64,000 bases of DNA from Cyanobacteria bacterium P01_A01_bin.123 (GTDB lineage: Bacteria > Cyanobacteriota > Cyanobacteriia > Phormidesmidales > Phormidesmidaceae). The DNA is taken from contig JBCBZT010000007.1 in NCBI GenBank assembly GCA_039815185.1, positions 64,001-128,000 of the forward strand, written 5' to 3'. Below, in pieces: positions 50,301 to 58,184 of the stretch. The translations under genes were made by a program, and so were the position numbers. A model generated the notes under the pieces. The model was not told the DNA's origin and searched no databases. It saw only the letters and a list, made by a program, of their open reading frames with translations. The number at the start of each line of letters is the position of its first letter. Position 1 is the first letter of the stretch.

Positions 50301-51255
50301 CAAGGTTATCAAGGTTGAGCCCTACTTCATGCGCTGCAGGTCCAGCCATAGCGTTATCGCTAACCTCAGCCTCAGCCCCGTAAGCTTGAGGTTGGGCCGC
50401 CGAGAGCGCGGCCTGCTCTTCCTGAGAGAGACGGTTGGCTTCTATATGGGCAGAGGCGTCTTGGCTCAACTGTTGAGCCAAGTGGTTAATCAAGGCTGTA
50501 AAGATAACTTCTCCTTGTTGACCGAGGTCATGCATCTTATCAAGACCTTGAACCAAGGAGTCTTGGTAGCTTTCAATGCTGCTTTGTAGCGATTCAAAGA
50601 CAACGCGGAGGGTTGAATCTAGCTTTAACAACAGTTGATCGGATTGGGACTGAAGCGCTTCAAACTGCTTCAAGCGGTTGGCTGGACTCAGCCGCGGTGT
50701 ATCGGATGTGACGCTATCGCTTGTCCCTTGGAGCAGATACGCATTAGCACTGTCAGACTCTAGCTGAGTCAGGGTTTGTCGAATTTGTTCCGACAAAGTC
50801 GCTTGCAATCGCTCCATCAACTCTTGCATCAAATCTGCGGCGGGTTGTGGGGATAGACTGCTTTGCTGCTGGAACTGCTGAATTTCCAAGGCTTTGACGT
50901 CTTGCAACAGTTGGTCACGTTGTTGTTGCAGAGAACTAACCTCGGTGCGCATGGGTTGAACTAGCTGAGTGCGGAGATAGGTCATCTCTTGCAGCACGGC
51001 CTGCAACACTTGCTGTGCTGATTCCGTTGGGGTTTGTCTAGAGTCTCCAAGCCCTCCGCTGGCATCTGTGCCAAACGCTAAAGGTGCCTCCATCATCTGC
51101 TGGACAGACACTAAATAGCTGCGGGTCTTCTCCAGCAATTGGCGCTGCTGGTTGACTTCACCAGAAACCACCCATGGCAAACGGGGGCTGGCTTTGTTGA
51201 GCGCAGTATCAATTTCAGCAATCAGGTTTTGAATCTGGGTCTTCTGAGAAGTCAC
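44386..51255 (-). CDS. Giant protein: N-terminal coiled coil, very acidic repeat linker, C-terminal Hsp70/actin-like fold domain
   Basis: 2289-aa ORF with WFLGIDFGTT, EEAIATVL, AGDAIDQDI and QVICTGGSASLP in the last ~630 aa. Confidence 0.8.
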   Translation of the reverse strand: MTSQKTQIQNLIAEIDTALNKASPRLPWVVSGEVNQQRQLLEKTRSYLVSVQQMMEAPLAFGTDASGGLGDSRQTPTESAQQVLQAVLQEMTYLRTQLVQPMRTEVSSLQQQRDQLLQDVKALEIQQFQQQSSLSPQPAADLMQELMERLQATLSEQIRQTLTQLESDSANAYLLQGTSDSVTSDTPRLSPANRLKQFEALQSQSDQLLLKLDSTLRVVFESLQSSIESYQDSLVQGLDKMHDLGQQGEVIFTALINHLAQQLSQDASAHIEANRLSQEEQAALSAAQPQAYGAEAEVSDNAMAGPAAHEVGLNLDNLDLDADIETEDMTLLQLDEEITQFQLDDDEDITVFQVSDEGVVRQSSDETAKAEQDDTLLSLLNQDDDDETVIEIGTPPDIRDAQQTEDIDAFYESLFGPSAIAPNPQTQPTDDSVAEDSSSNIPSTAEASDETLFPDSDPSDLTDTQTLGVETDDLRLPLVENSDSEEDDAPLEPSLETAEIEAAEIKIDDSSAINNELVSPPALDTLLFDGVQAEEAPVTESASAEANIETPLETTGIDSFFGEAGADTPLDETVPPPSEVIESLTDLLPENADADSGNRLLSATELLDALDTELSTDPSEESWTEEGFIPAPPEERLLSDDAISNDDENVDLNISLDESVLQALNEDLLGLEGLEELEQPGFEGLGLPTEPPVVDPLDTDADVLGETFEAPQPTDEAVEPAQSSEEPLVDLNNHPLESLEEERFTDDPIAENLANLDSDLLEFDDEGGITDSSSEAPPVDFENNDDGDDNAIAVPEARQETVQPGTLEPEALTSETLVSETLGVESNEATWTLSDLTDSEAALSDTDVEVPSEEIDESFSLDNLPIETDAETDLASPLADEGGDLLADLTEPSAIEASDQPFNLGDLIPDTESEVPDEIPAAADLLDFEDFEPDLLETGSSALIEPEISEVEVSQEAAFESDSTDDPSISTEDNVANLLDALTTEAPVEASSFPLESEGLTLQALIDAEASDTEGNDTDEETLEPDSVGDANDLPDLSLEGLDDSDFTLPDLDLADSDRPSDTDEQSEAEITNLLDNLDLDNLDPFGADGASETIESVGLDDPISISEQPAASESDDISPEERTAPDFSFESLEENIDLDIIPPDNLPSDNTDEALDFSLEALEENTDLDVIPPNDTDEAPDFSFEALEGTPDLDIIPSDNADEASDFSLEALEENTDLNVIPPDDTDEAPDFSFESLENISDLDLIPPDDLPPDDTNEASDFSLESLEDTPDLDTIPSDNADEVSDFSLESLEENPDLDSPLDDTGEAPAFSLESLGDTSDLDIMPSDDLDEQVIEPTIPDDVMADFSTDLELPAELAQELSVGSEGLSTEPNADDLLAELPELTLPDFDQNEIDQSTDADQSLLDFDDTDQSATTELNLPDFEALTDLETVEVNPPDVAPPPTDLPDFNEANQSVSELETTDIAPPTTPSLDNLDFEDLSLDEDTLTSPFTDLPDPDFSDLTSPTIEFEIEDIEIEDIEIEDIDIAPLGDTLATDEPIEFEPIELGNNSPDPSQTTDLDLTPPAALDDAELAPELRTPLPEVGNPPLDLPEVEDTIPTETDSLLSPEAAPNAMDIGVAAPEGLDLPVEAIAAATESTMEPAIAEPPAPLARTVDPNHAWFLGIDFGTTGLSVVLLDQVTDEVYPIYWHNLSPEADAPERIFRLPAIVDLTPAQAQSSSQWQIQASGLAAIQTAWQRSAQPATEMASGGLLLRQLKPLLKVGIPHRSSSSSDWQPTVQWSPEHQISLQLVQAGLSDLLQNLQTPNTCAALGLEAMPLRMVLQQLTGVIVGYPPNWPDTYGFNLREAILATGLVTQPDQIFFIEEAIATVLSGLPNPAKVEAEASTSPARQQALYNSNWQGGTVVICAGATLTELALVDLPNQLSTLAYSDFALKTLNYAGDAIDQDIICQLLLPAGNRQTGNGRGDTPPNPFNRYASGGWNWQPNLPTITEADWDSLQLENLTLPRAGEPDLIRRRQLQQHLEGSLLGQSLMEAARYLKLILQHQGQFQLELGNQRWTIRRRELESQIFLPYIQHVNRHINMLLTKTGLSAQGINQVICTGGSASLPAFARWLRQKFPNATIIQDTYPSDRPASCSRVAYGLVNLARYPNVLDITRQQYSDYFLLRELLRHLPEMPLPVSGIMHRLEQQGLNTQACQMHLLALLEGHLPPGMVPTEADQALLSASPAEIELYRSLVSQPLFTKQGGQTYVPNPDQAERLAQHLDTLLAGKQQQLEEPLIAHLGTRVIQ
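47255..47880 (-). repeat. Coding tandem repeat, 8 units of 24-30 aa
   Basis: Consensus DFS(L/F)E(S/A)LEExxDLDxIPxDxxDEAx; DNA core TTCCAAAG(A/C)CTCAA(A/G)(A/G)GAAAAGTCT recurs every 72-90 bp. Confidence 0.9.
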
Positions 51256-51662
51256 GGCGGGAAACCCTGAACAGGAAGGTATATAAGGGCGATCGCGGCC
51301 TTTGGAAGAGGCTAAGGCACTAGTGTATTAGATTGACTACATAATGCCTACTTGCAATCATTTAGGATTCTGTTGCCCAAAGTTTAGGCCAGGCTACGCT
51401 AAAAGTCACAATTAGATAACCCCTCATCCGAATCAATTCTTTGGTGTAACAGTTTATGAAGTTTGTGCTACGTCATTGAGAGAGATGTGGAATTGCTACG
51501 TGCTATATTGATAGCCTCATAGGGGCATACTATCCTATGGTCAAAGGGTTGATGCTATTCATAGTTGATGCCATTTAGGTTTAAGTGGCTGAGTTATGGG
51601 CTGTTATTTAATAGCCCAAGGTCTAGTTCTGCCGTATATTCTCAAGTTTAATCAACACCATT

Positions 51663-52367
51663 ATGGATGTTCGTTACGGCTCACGAGAGAATCAGGTTGA
51701 TAGCGCTTTGATTCGCTCAGCGCCTTTTTTCGCAGAGCTACCTGAAAGTGCCGTAGAACGGGCAACAGCTCAAGTTGTAACCCGCCGTCATCCCGCTAAT
51801 CAGGTGATCTTACTGGAGAATGATTGGGGAAGTTCTGTCTACTTTATTTTGGAAGGTTGGGTCAAAATTCGCACCTATAACCTTGATGGTAAGGAAGTCA
51901 CCCTCAATATCATCGGTAAAGGAGAGCTATTTGGGGAAATGGCCCCCCTTGACGAAGTGCCACGTTCTACAGACGTGATTACCCTAATGCCGACGGTGAT
52001 TGGCAATATGCCTGCCAATGACTTTGTCCATTTGATTCATACTGAGCCCTTATCGGGAATTCGGTTGGCGCAGCTAATGGCTCGTCGACTCCGCCAAGTT
52101 AATCGGCGATTGCGATTGCGAGAATCAGATAGCATGTCGCGGGTCGCTGATATTATTTTGTTTTTGGCTGATGGTCAGGGTATGGTGCGAGAACAGGGAA
52201 TTGAGATTCCCAACTTACCCCATCGAGAGCTAAGTAGCTTAAGCGGTTTGGCACGGGAAACAGTCACTCGGGTTTTGAGTAAGCTTGAAAAGAAAGGCAT
52301 CATCACCCGCGATCGTGATAATTTATGCATTCCCGATATTGATGCGCTAGAACGACTATTGGTGTAG
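51663..52367 (+). CDS. Crp family cAMP-receptor transcriptional regulator
   Basis: cNMP-binding motif FGEMA...PRST; HTH HRELSSLSGLARETVTRVL. Confidence 0.9.
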   Translation: MDVRYGSRENQVDSALIRSAPFFAELPESAVERATAQVVTRRHPANQVILLENDWGSSVYFILEGWVKIRTYNLDGKEVTLNIIGKGELFGEMAPLDEVPRSTDVITLMPTVIGNMPANDFVHLIHTEPLSGIRLAQLMARRLRQVNRRLRLRESDSMSRVADIILFLADGQGMVREQGIEIPNLPHRELSSLSGLARETVTRVLSKLEKKGIITRDRDNLCIPDIDALERLLV

Positions 52368-52406
52368 CCGTTTCTGGCCCCGCTGTTCTGGCCTGTCTGT
52401 GACGAT

Positions 52407-53243
52407 ATGGAAGAAAATCCAGCTGATCTGAAACGCGCCCGCGAGGCGCAGGCGTCCCAATCTGAGAACCTATCGGGAATGATCTATCCTGGCAGTCAGG
52501 AAGGAAGTGATGTCTCTTGGCAAGACGATTTCTTCCAAACGCCTCCGGCTGAGGCTAAGCCTAAGGCCTATGGGTCTAAGCCTAAGTCGACTGCTCACCG
52601 CCTTAAAGCAGGGCCGTTGATGATGGTTGAAACTGCTTTTCTTGCCAGTACAGCCAGTTTGATTTGGCTAGTCAATTACTATTTTCCACCGGGGCCCATT
52701 TTAAGGATTTTCTTTCCGGTACCCACGGCTTTGATTTATTTACGCTGGGGTCCCCGTGCTGCATGGATGTCTGCTCTCGTTACGGGTTTACTCCTGGCGA
52801 TTTTAATGGGGCCACCCCGCAGTGTTTTGTTCATCATGCCCTATGGATTCTTAGGGGTACAGCTAGGTTTTATGTGGCGACGGGGAGCCAACTGGTACAG
52901 TGCAATCGCTTTGGGCTCTTTGCTCGGTACTTTGGGGTTCTTCTTCAAAGTTTGGTTACTCTCGCTGATGTTGGGGGAAGATTTGTGGGTCTATCTCACC
53001 ACCCAAATCACCGAGTTTTTGACTTGGCTGTTGAATCGTTTGATCGCCTTTGGGTTGCTTGAACTGGGCAGTGTCGGGCCGCCTAATCTGATCACGATTC
53101 AAGTCTTATCTGTGGGACTGGTTGTTGTCAGCGATGTCGTTTACCTGTTCACGGTTCATTTAGCGGCTTGGTTCTTGTTTGAGCGCTTGGGCACGGTGAT
53201 GTCTGCCCCGCCCAATTGGGTACAAGTGTTATTGGATGATTAG
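52407..53243 (+). CDS. DUF2232 membrane protein
   Basis: MVETAFLASTASLIWL, PVPTALIYLRWG, LMGPPRS; multiple TM helices. Confidence 0.82.
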   Translation: MEENPADLKRAREAQASQSENLSGMIYPGSQEGSDVSWQDDFFQTPPAEAKPKAYGSKPKSTAHRLKAGPLMMVETAFLASTASLIWLVNYYFPPGPILRIFFPVPTALIYLRWGPRAAWMSALVTGLLLAILMGPPRSVLFIMPYGFLGVQLGFMWRRGANWYSAIALGSLLGTLGFFFKVWLLSLMLGEDLWVYLTTQITEFLTWLLNRLIAFGLLELGSVGPPNLITIQVLSVGLVVVSDVVYLFTVHLAAWFLFERLGTVMSAPPNWVQVLLDD

Positions 53244-53300
53244 TGGTCGGTCAAGTCAGAGCGATCGAAGGACTAACAGGATCTAGTTAAGGGTCAAGGT

Positions 53301-54494
53301 GTGAGGGGCGAGGGAGTCAATCATCAGCTGACAGGAGCAGAGCGACAGCGTGATCAAGCTCGATTTTATGGGGAGTGGATTCAGGTTTACACCCAGGTTA
53401 ATCAGGGGTTGGCATGGTTGGAGCGACATCGAGGCTACTGCCCCACATTTGCCTGTGTGTTGGGGTTTACTGAAACTGGCTTGATTCCTGGCATCTCTGC
53501 GGCTGGGGCAACGCCAGCAGATCGCCGCTATACGGCGATCGCTGATGCTGAGTTTCTCTATAATGGCCCCTGTGCTCAGCCGCGTTATTCCCTGCCGCCC
53601 CTCCAGGCTGGTGCTTCTCCGGTCATGATTAGTCGTGCGGTTTTAGCTAATCAAGATATTCCCCTATGGCTGTTCAATGCAGGCTTGCCTGTGGCCCCTG
53701 CAGTACCTTGCTTAGATCTCGGTGGCAGACCTGCAGCCTGTCTGAGTCGTGGGCAAGCGCTTGCCCCAGCAATGGTTGAGCATCTATTCAATCAGGGATT
53801 GGTATGGGGCAAACGCCTGAGTCAGCGTGATCCCCGTCATTATTTGATTTTGGCTGAATGCGTTGTTGGCGGAACGACCACAGCCCAGGCACTCTTGTCG
53901 GGGTTAGGCATTAATGCCACAGGTAAGATCAATAGTAGTCATCCCATTTGTAACCATGCTCAAAAGCTGGCTGTGGTGCAGCAAGGATTGACCATGGCTA
54001 AAGCACGACTTGGCAACAGTCTCCATCCAGATCCGATGGCTTGGGTGGCAGCGGTGGGTGATCCCATGCAAATCACCGTGGCTGGCATGGCTTTAGCGGC
54101 TAGTCAGCACGGTGGTGTAATGCTGGCAGGGGGCACTCAGATGTTAGCGGTGTTTGCCCTAGCGCGCGCGATCGCGCAGTCCCAGTCTTTACCTTGGCAT
54201 CCCGAAAACATAGTTGTCGGCACAACCAGTTGGGTAGCCGAAGATCGCACAGGCGATACAGTGGGTTTGGCTAGCGCGATCGCGGACGTATCCCTGCTAG
54301 CCTCTCAGCTAAGCTTTACAGAAGCCCGCTTTAGTCAACTTCGTGCCTATGAACAGGGATATGTGAAAGAAGGCGTGGGTGCTGGCGGGTGCGCGATCGC
54401 CGCCCATCTTTACCAAAACTGGGGGCAAACGCTCCTGCTCAAAGCAATTGAGGCATTACTCGAACATTATGCTTACATCGATCAACGAGACTAA
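53301..54494 (+). CDS. cobT: Nicotinate mononucleotide-dependent phosphoribosyltransferase CobT (TIGR00303 type)
   Basis: TETGLIPGISAAG, ECVVGGTTTA, VGDPMQ, LAGGTQM, YEQGYVKEGVGAGG. Start is uncertain. Confidence 0.88.
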   Translation: MRGEGVNHQLTGAERQRDQARFYGEWIQVYTQVNQGLAWLERHRGYCPTFACVLGFTETGLIPGISAAGATPADRRYTAIADAEFLYNGPCAQPRYSLPPLQAGASPVMISRAVLANQDIPLWLFNAGLPVAPAVPCLDLGGRPAACLSRGQALAPAMVEHLFNQGLVWGKRLSQRDPRHYLILAECVVGGTTTAQALLSGLGINATGKINSSHPICNHAQKLAVVQQGLTMAKARLGNSLHPDPMAWVAAVGDPMQITVAGMALAASQHGGVMLAGGTQMLAVFALARAIAQSQSLPWHPENIVVGTTSWVAEDRTGDTVGLASAIADVSLLASQLSFTEARFSQLRAYEQGYVKEGVGAGGCAIAAHLYQNWGQTLLLKAIEALLEHYAYIDQRD

Positions 54495-54748
54495 ACCATC
54501 TATGGGGTTGAGATTCGAGGGCGATGGGAGCGATCGCGCATTCAATGACCTAAATGAGTTTGGCAGGTGAGCCTTGAAATGAGTGGGGCGTAAGGGTCAG
54601 CCACCTGTGTCCTAGGAGCAAGCAACTGCTTAGACCTAAATCTTGAACAAGATATCCATCTTGAGTTTTAGAGGAAATCCTAGTCAGTAACCCTGGATGG
54701 AACATCCAAAAACTCTAAAAGGTAATGTTCACCCAGAAATGCCTTGAC

Positions 54749-55120
54749 CTAGTAAACGCGAGACGCCAAGAGCTGCTCTTCCAGGGCGGCGATGCGGTTG
54801 TAAGCTGCGGTTAATTGAGCGGTCAAACGCTGAATTTGAATTTCAGGCGCTAGATCGCGTTCAGAGCTCCGTGTTTCTAGCTCTAGGTAAGTATTATCGA
54901 GCAGCACATCTTTGTGATCAACAGTTGCATCAAGACCCCGATGAACGATTGAGCGCTCACCCCGACCGTTACCTGGGGAAGTGGCATTAACCTCATCTAG
55001 CAGGGCACTTTGGGAACTGGCTAATGCTTCTGAGATGCGCAGATTGACCTGATCAATAACCTGGTGTAGCGCATCAACCTTGCCCGTCAAAAGAACAACT
55101 TGTTCTTGCAGGGAATCCAT
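54749..55120 (-). CDS. Hypothetical coiled-coil protein
   Basis: HKDVL...PEIQIQRLTAQLTAAYNRIAALEEQLL. Confidence 0.8.
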   Translation of the reverse strand: MDSLQEQVVLLTGKVDALHQVIDQVNLRISEALASSQSALLDEVNATSPGNGRGERSIVHRGLDATVDHKDVLLDNTYLELETRSSERDLAPEIQIQRLTAQLTAAYNRIAALEEQLLASRVY

Positions 55121-55908
55121 AAAATTACACTCAAACGATTAGTTCACTATTTATCCTAGAAACTTTGTTGCAAAATACCGAGTTATCCCTAAATCATTTA
55201 ACCTTTGTTGACGCTTGTCGGAACAAAGTTTACAACTGCTCTCATAAAAGCTGATTGATGTCTTATCAGGGCACTATTTTCTAAGGATTTAGGCGTGTTC
55301 AAAACGGTGGATTGTGCCGGAGTGATTCAATGAATCAGGGTCATTTTAGATTGACATCAACAATCTTACGAAAAGATAAAAACTCGTTCTGAATTGAGAA
55401 TAAATACTCAGCATTAGCCTAAAAAGTACTTTATTCCCTTAGAAAGGCTGTGTTTCAACCGTTGGAACCATGATTAAACCTTGGCTTTGCTCAGATCTAC
55501 AGTTTCCCTTGTAGGCACGCAAGGCTTTGTACGATGAGTCAAGTCTTTAAATCGACTGTGATTCACCCCATTAAAGCTATGGGGATCTTAAGCTTGTGAT
55601 CATGACTGATCTGAATTCAGCGAAAATACAGAATATCTAGCGTTACGCTGTATTTGAAAAATAACGTTAACCCTCGACCAAATCTAGATCTATAGTTTTC
55701 ACGAAGCTAAAACTACAGCTTTCAATCGGATGTGGTTTAGTGCTGTTGTCCTTTTAGATTCATAACTGATGTCAAACTAGGAATTGAGGTTTGAGCATGG
55801 CAGAACCGGTAAGCTTCACTCAATCCCAGACAGGGACATGATCCCGAAACAATTGCTTTAGGAAAATCATGTCAACAGTTCCTTGAATTGACCTTAAAAT
55901 GAAACGCT

Positions 55909-57219
55909 ATGGATCGAAGAAAGTTTTTAGGAACAGCTGCCGCCCTCGCCGTCTGTCAAGGACTATCTGCCTGTGGTGGGGCCGCTGCTGATGGCGTTGT
56001 CAGAATTTCGCTCTTAGATCACACGATTCCGGATCAGCTGATTCGGGCTTTCCGGCAGCAATATGAGGGCAATTTGCCGCTGAAATTTGAGGTGGCTGAC
56101 CAATTAGCGAACCTTTACGAGCAACTGCTGCTGGTACGCTCTCCTGCCCCCCCCTTGGATTGGCTTAATCGGCGGCGAAGGTTTTCAATGCGATTTTGGC
56201 GCAGGCAGTCTAAACCCGCTGACCTGGTTAGCCTAAACGACTATTGGCTGGCAGCTGCCATTCGTCAGAAACTGATCCTCCCCTTGGATACTGACTCACT
56301 CGACCGCTGGTCAAACCTTGCGCCCCGGTGGCAAGCTTTAGTGCGTCGTGATGCTTCGGGAATGCCAGCGGCAGATGAACCTGTCTGGGGGGCCCCCTAT
56401 CGCTGGGGCAGCCTGATGATGGTTTATCGCGATCGCCCTTTCCAAAGCTTCGCTTGGACGCCGACGGACTGGGGAGATCTTTGGGCATCAGAGCTGGCAG
56501 GGCAGATTTCGTTGCCAGCTAATCCGCGTCTTGTTTTAGGTCTTGTGCTGAAAAAACTGGGTAAGTCAGCGAATTCTAGGAATCTTGACGCTCAGTGGCC
56601 TGAGATCGAAGCTGAGATGAAGCAGCTGCACCGGCAAGTCAAGTTTTATAGTTCAGACAATTATCTCCAGGCGCTGGTGACTAAAAGCACAACCCTGGCT
56701 GTGGGATGGTCAACAGACATCTTACCGGCGCTAAAACGTAATCGTGACCTCAGAATTGCGATTCCGAACTCTGGAACGCTCTTGTCAGCAGACGTTTGGG
56801 TTAAGTCCAGACCCCAAAGCCAATTTAGCCTGCCAAATGAGCTTGGATCGGGCCTCAACTCACCGCGTAATTTCCGCAAACCGCTCCTAAAACCTTGGAC
56901 CAATTTTCTTGAAGAAATTGAGAGTGCACCGCTAGAGACGGCACTACCGACACCGCAGGTCCTCGAATATCCTTTGGCTAACTGGATTGATTTTTTTTGG
57001 GATGCTCAGGCGGCAACACAGCTTTCAGTGAGTAATCAAGGTTCTTCGCCACTCTATACCAGCCGAGACGCCCCAGAGCTACCTGAACCGCTTCGAGATA
57101 ATCTAGCGTTATTACCCACGACAGAGATTTACAAGCGCAGCGAATTTCTATACCCGTTAGACTACGCTGATCAAAAACGCTATCGTGACCTGTTAAATTT
57201 GCTGCATGATGCTGACTAA
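55909..57219 (+). CDS. PotD/PotF-like extracellular solute-binding lipoprotein
   Basis: Tat signal DRRKFL with lipobox LSAC; PYRWGS, TDWGDLW, AVGWSTD, PNSGTLLSADVW. Confidence 0.82.
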   Translation: MDRRKFLGTAAALAVCQGLSACGGAAADGVVRISLLDHTIPDQLIRAFRQQYEGNLPLKFEVADQLANLYEQLLLVRSPAPPLDWLNRRRRFSMRFWRRQSKPADLVSLNDYWLAAAIRQKLILPLDTDSLDRWSNLAPRWQALVRRDASGMPAADEPVWGAPYRWGSLMMVYRDRPFQSFAWTPTDWGDLWASELAGQISLPANPRLVLGLVLKKLGKSANSRNLDAQWPEIEAEMKQLHRQVKFYSSDNYLQALVTKSTTLAVGWSTDILPALKRNRDLRIAIPNSGTLLSADVWVKSRPQSQFSLPNELGSGLNSPRNFRKPLLKPWTNFLEEIESAPLETALPTPQVLEYPLANWIDFFWDAQAATQLSVSNQGSSPLYTSRDAPELPEPLRDNLALLPTTEIYKRSEFLYPLDYADQKRYRDLLNLLHDAD

Positions 57220-57241
57220 GACTACGATGCTGGTGGTTTGC

Positions 57242-58174
57242 CTAAGGATCGCTCAGGGGTGTAGACCCACTAATAGCCCCCCGACCTTGAGCTGAAAGCA
57301 GGAGTAGGCAAGGAATTTCTAAATTTTCTGCCCGGGGTAAATCGCGACTGCTAGATACCCCCAACGGGGTAGTAGATCCCGAATTAAAATCACAAACATA
57401 GAGACTGACTGGTTGATCACCAGAAAAAACCCGCAGGTTGTAGCTAAACTCCTGGGTTGAGGTGCCAAATTGTTGAACTAGGGTATATCGCTCTAGATAA
57501 GTGAGCTGATTCCAGATACGGCTGTTGATCACTAAGTCCACCCGTCGAGGATGTTGGGGGTTACCCCGATAGGCGATCCAGGTGTCGATGACGGGCGGTA
57601 GGGGGGGTAAGGGGGCCGTTTCATCGGCATCGGCATTATCTTGGTCGGTGTTAACAGTCCGGGTTGGGGCAGTTTCGCGATCGCCGTCGAACCGCTCAAT
57701 TAAGGCTTGATGAATCCACCACAGGCTGGGTAGGGTAAAGGTCGTGGTGGACGTAGTTCTATCGGTAACCACTAATTCTTGTTGAATCAGGTTCTCAATC
57801 TTCTCTCGATCTGTCTCTAGGGGGGGGCGCACTTGACTATCGGGCTGGTCAAAGCTGCCCGCATGATTAATCAATGCTCTCAGCTCGTCTCGAAACTGGG
57901 CTGGCTGTTGCTGAATGAACTGTTCACGGCGGTTTGGGGCAAATGATGATGAAGGGGGATCCGATTGAGCCATCACGTCAGTCACAAAGACACCAATGGT
58001 CACCCCAAAAGTCCCAAACCCAAGGATGCTAAGCCATCGACCCCAACTGCGATGGACCCCAAGATTAGATCCAATTCCTCTAGGCCGGTTAAGCCCATGA
58101 TCAACGCACTGCAAATGTTGCTGCCGAGAGAGCAACCGGGGCAAATTAGGGGGTAGAGTCGGCAAGATTCCCAT
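57242..58174 (-). CDS. Hypothetical exported protein
   Basis: Hydrophobic N-segment; PSLWW...W...RRVDLVIN..W.QL.YLERY. Confidence 0.7.
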   Translation of the reverse strand: MGILPTLPPNLPRLLSRQQHLQCVDHGLNRPRGIGSNLGVHRSWGRWLSILGFGTFGVTIGVFVTDVMAQSDPPSSSFAPNRREQFIQQQPAQFRDELRALINHAGSFDQPDSQVRPPLETDREKIENLIQQELVVTDRTTSTTTFTLPSLWWIHQALIERFDGDRETAPTRTVNTDQDNADADETAPLPPLPPVIDTWIAYRGNPQHPRRVDLVINSRIWNQLTYLERYTLVQQFGTSTQEFSYNLRVFSGDQPVSLYVCDFNSGSTTPLGVSSSRDLPRAENLEIPCLLLLSAQGRGAISGSTPLSDP

Positions 58175-58184
58175 AGCATGCCTC

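Noticed and set aside
55121..55908. 790-bp AT-rich intergenic region with short inverted repeats
   Set aside because: Consistent with divergent promoters; I found no convincing ORF, RNA motif or consensus operator.
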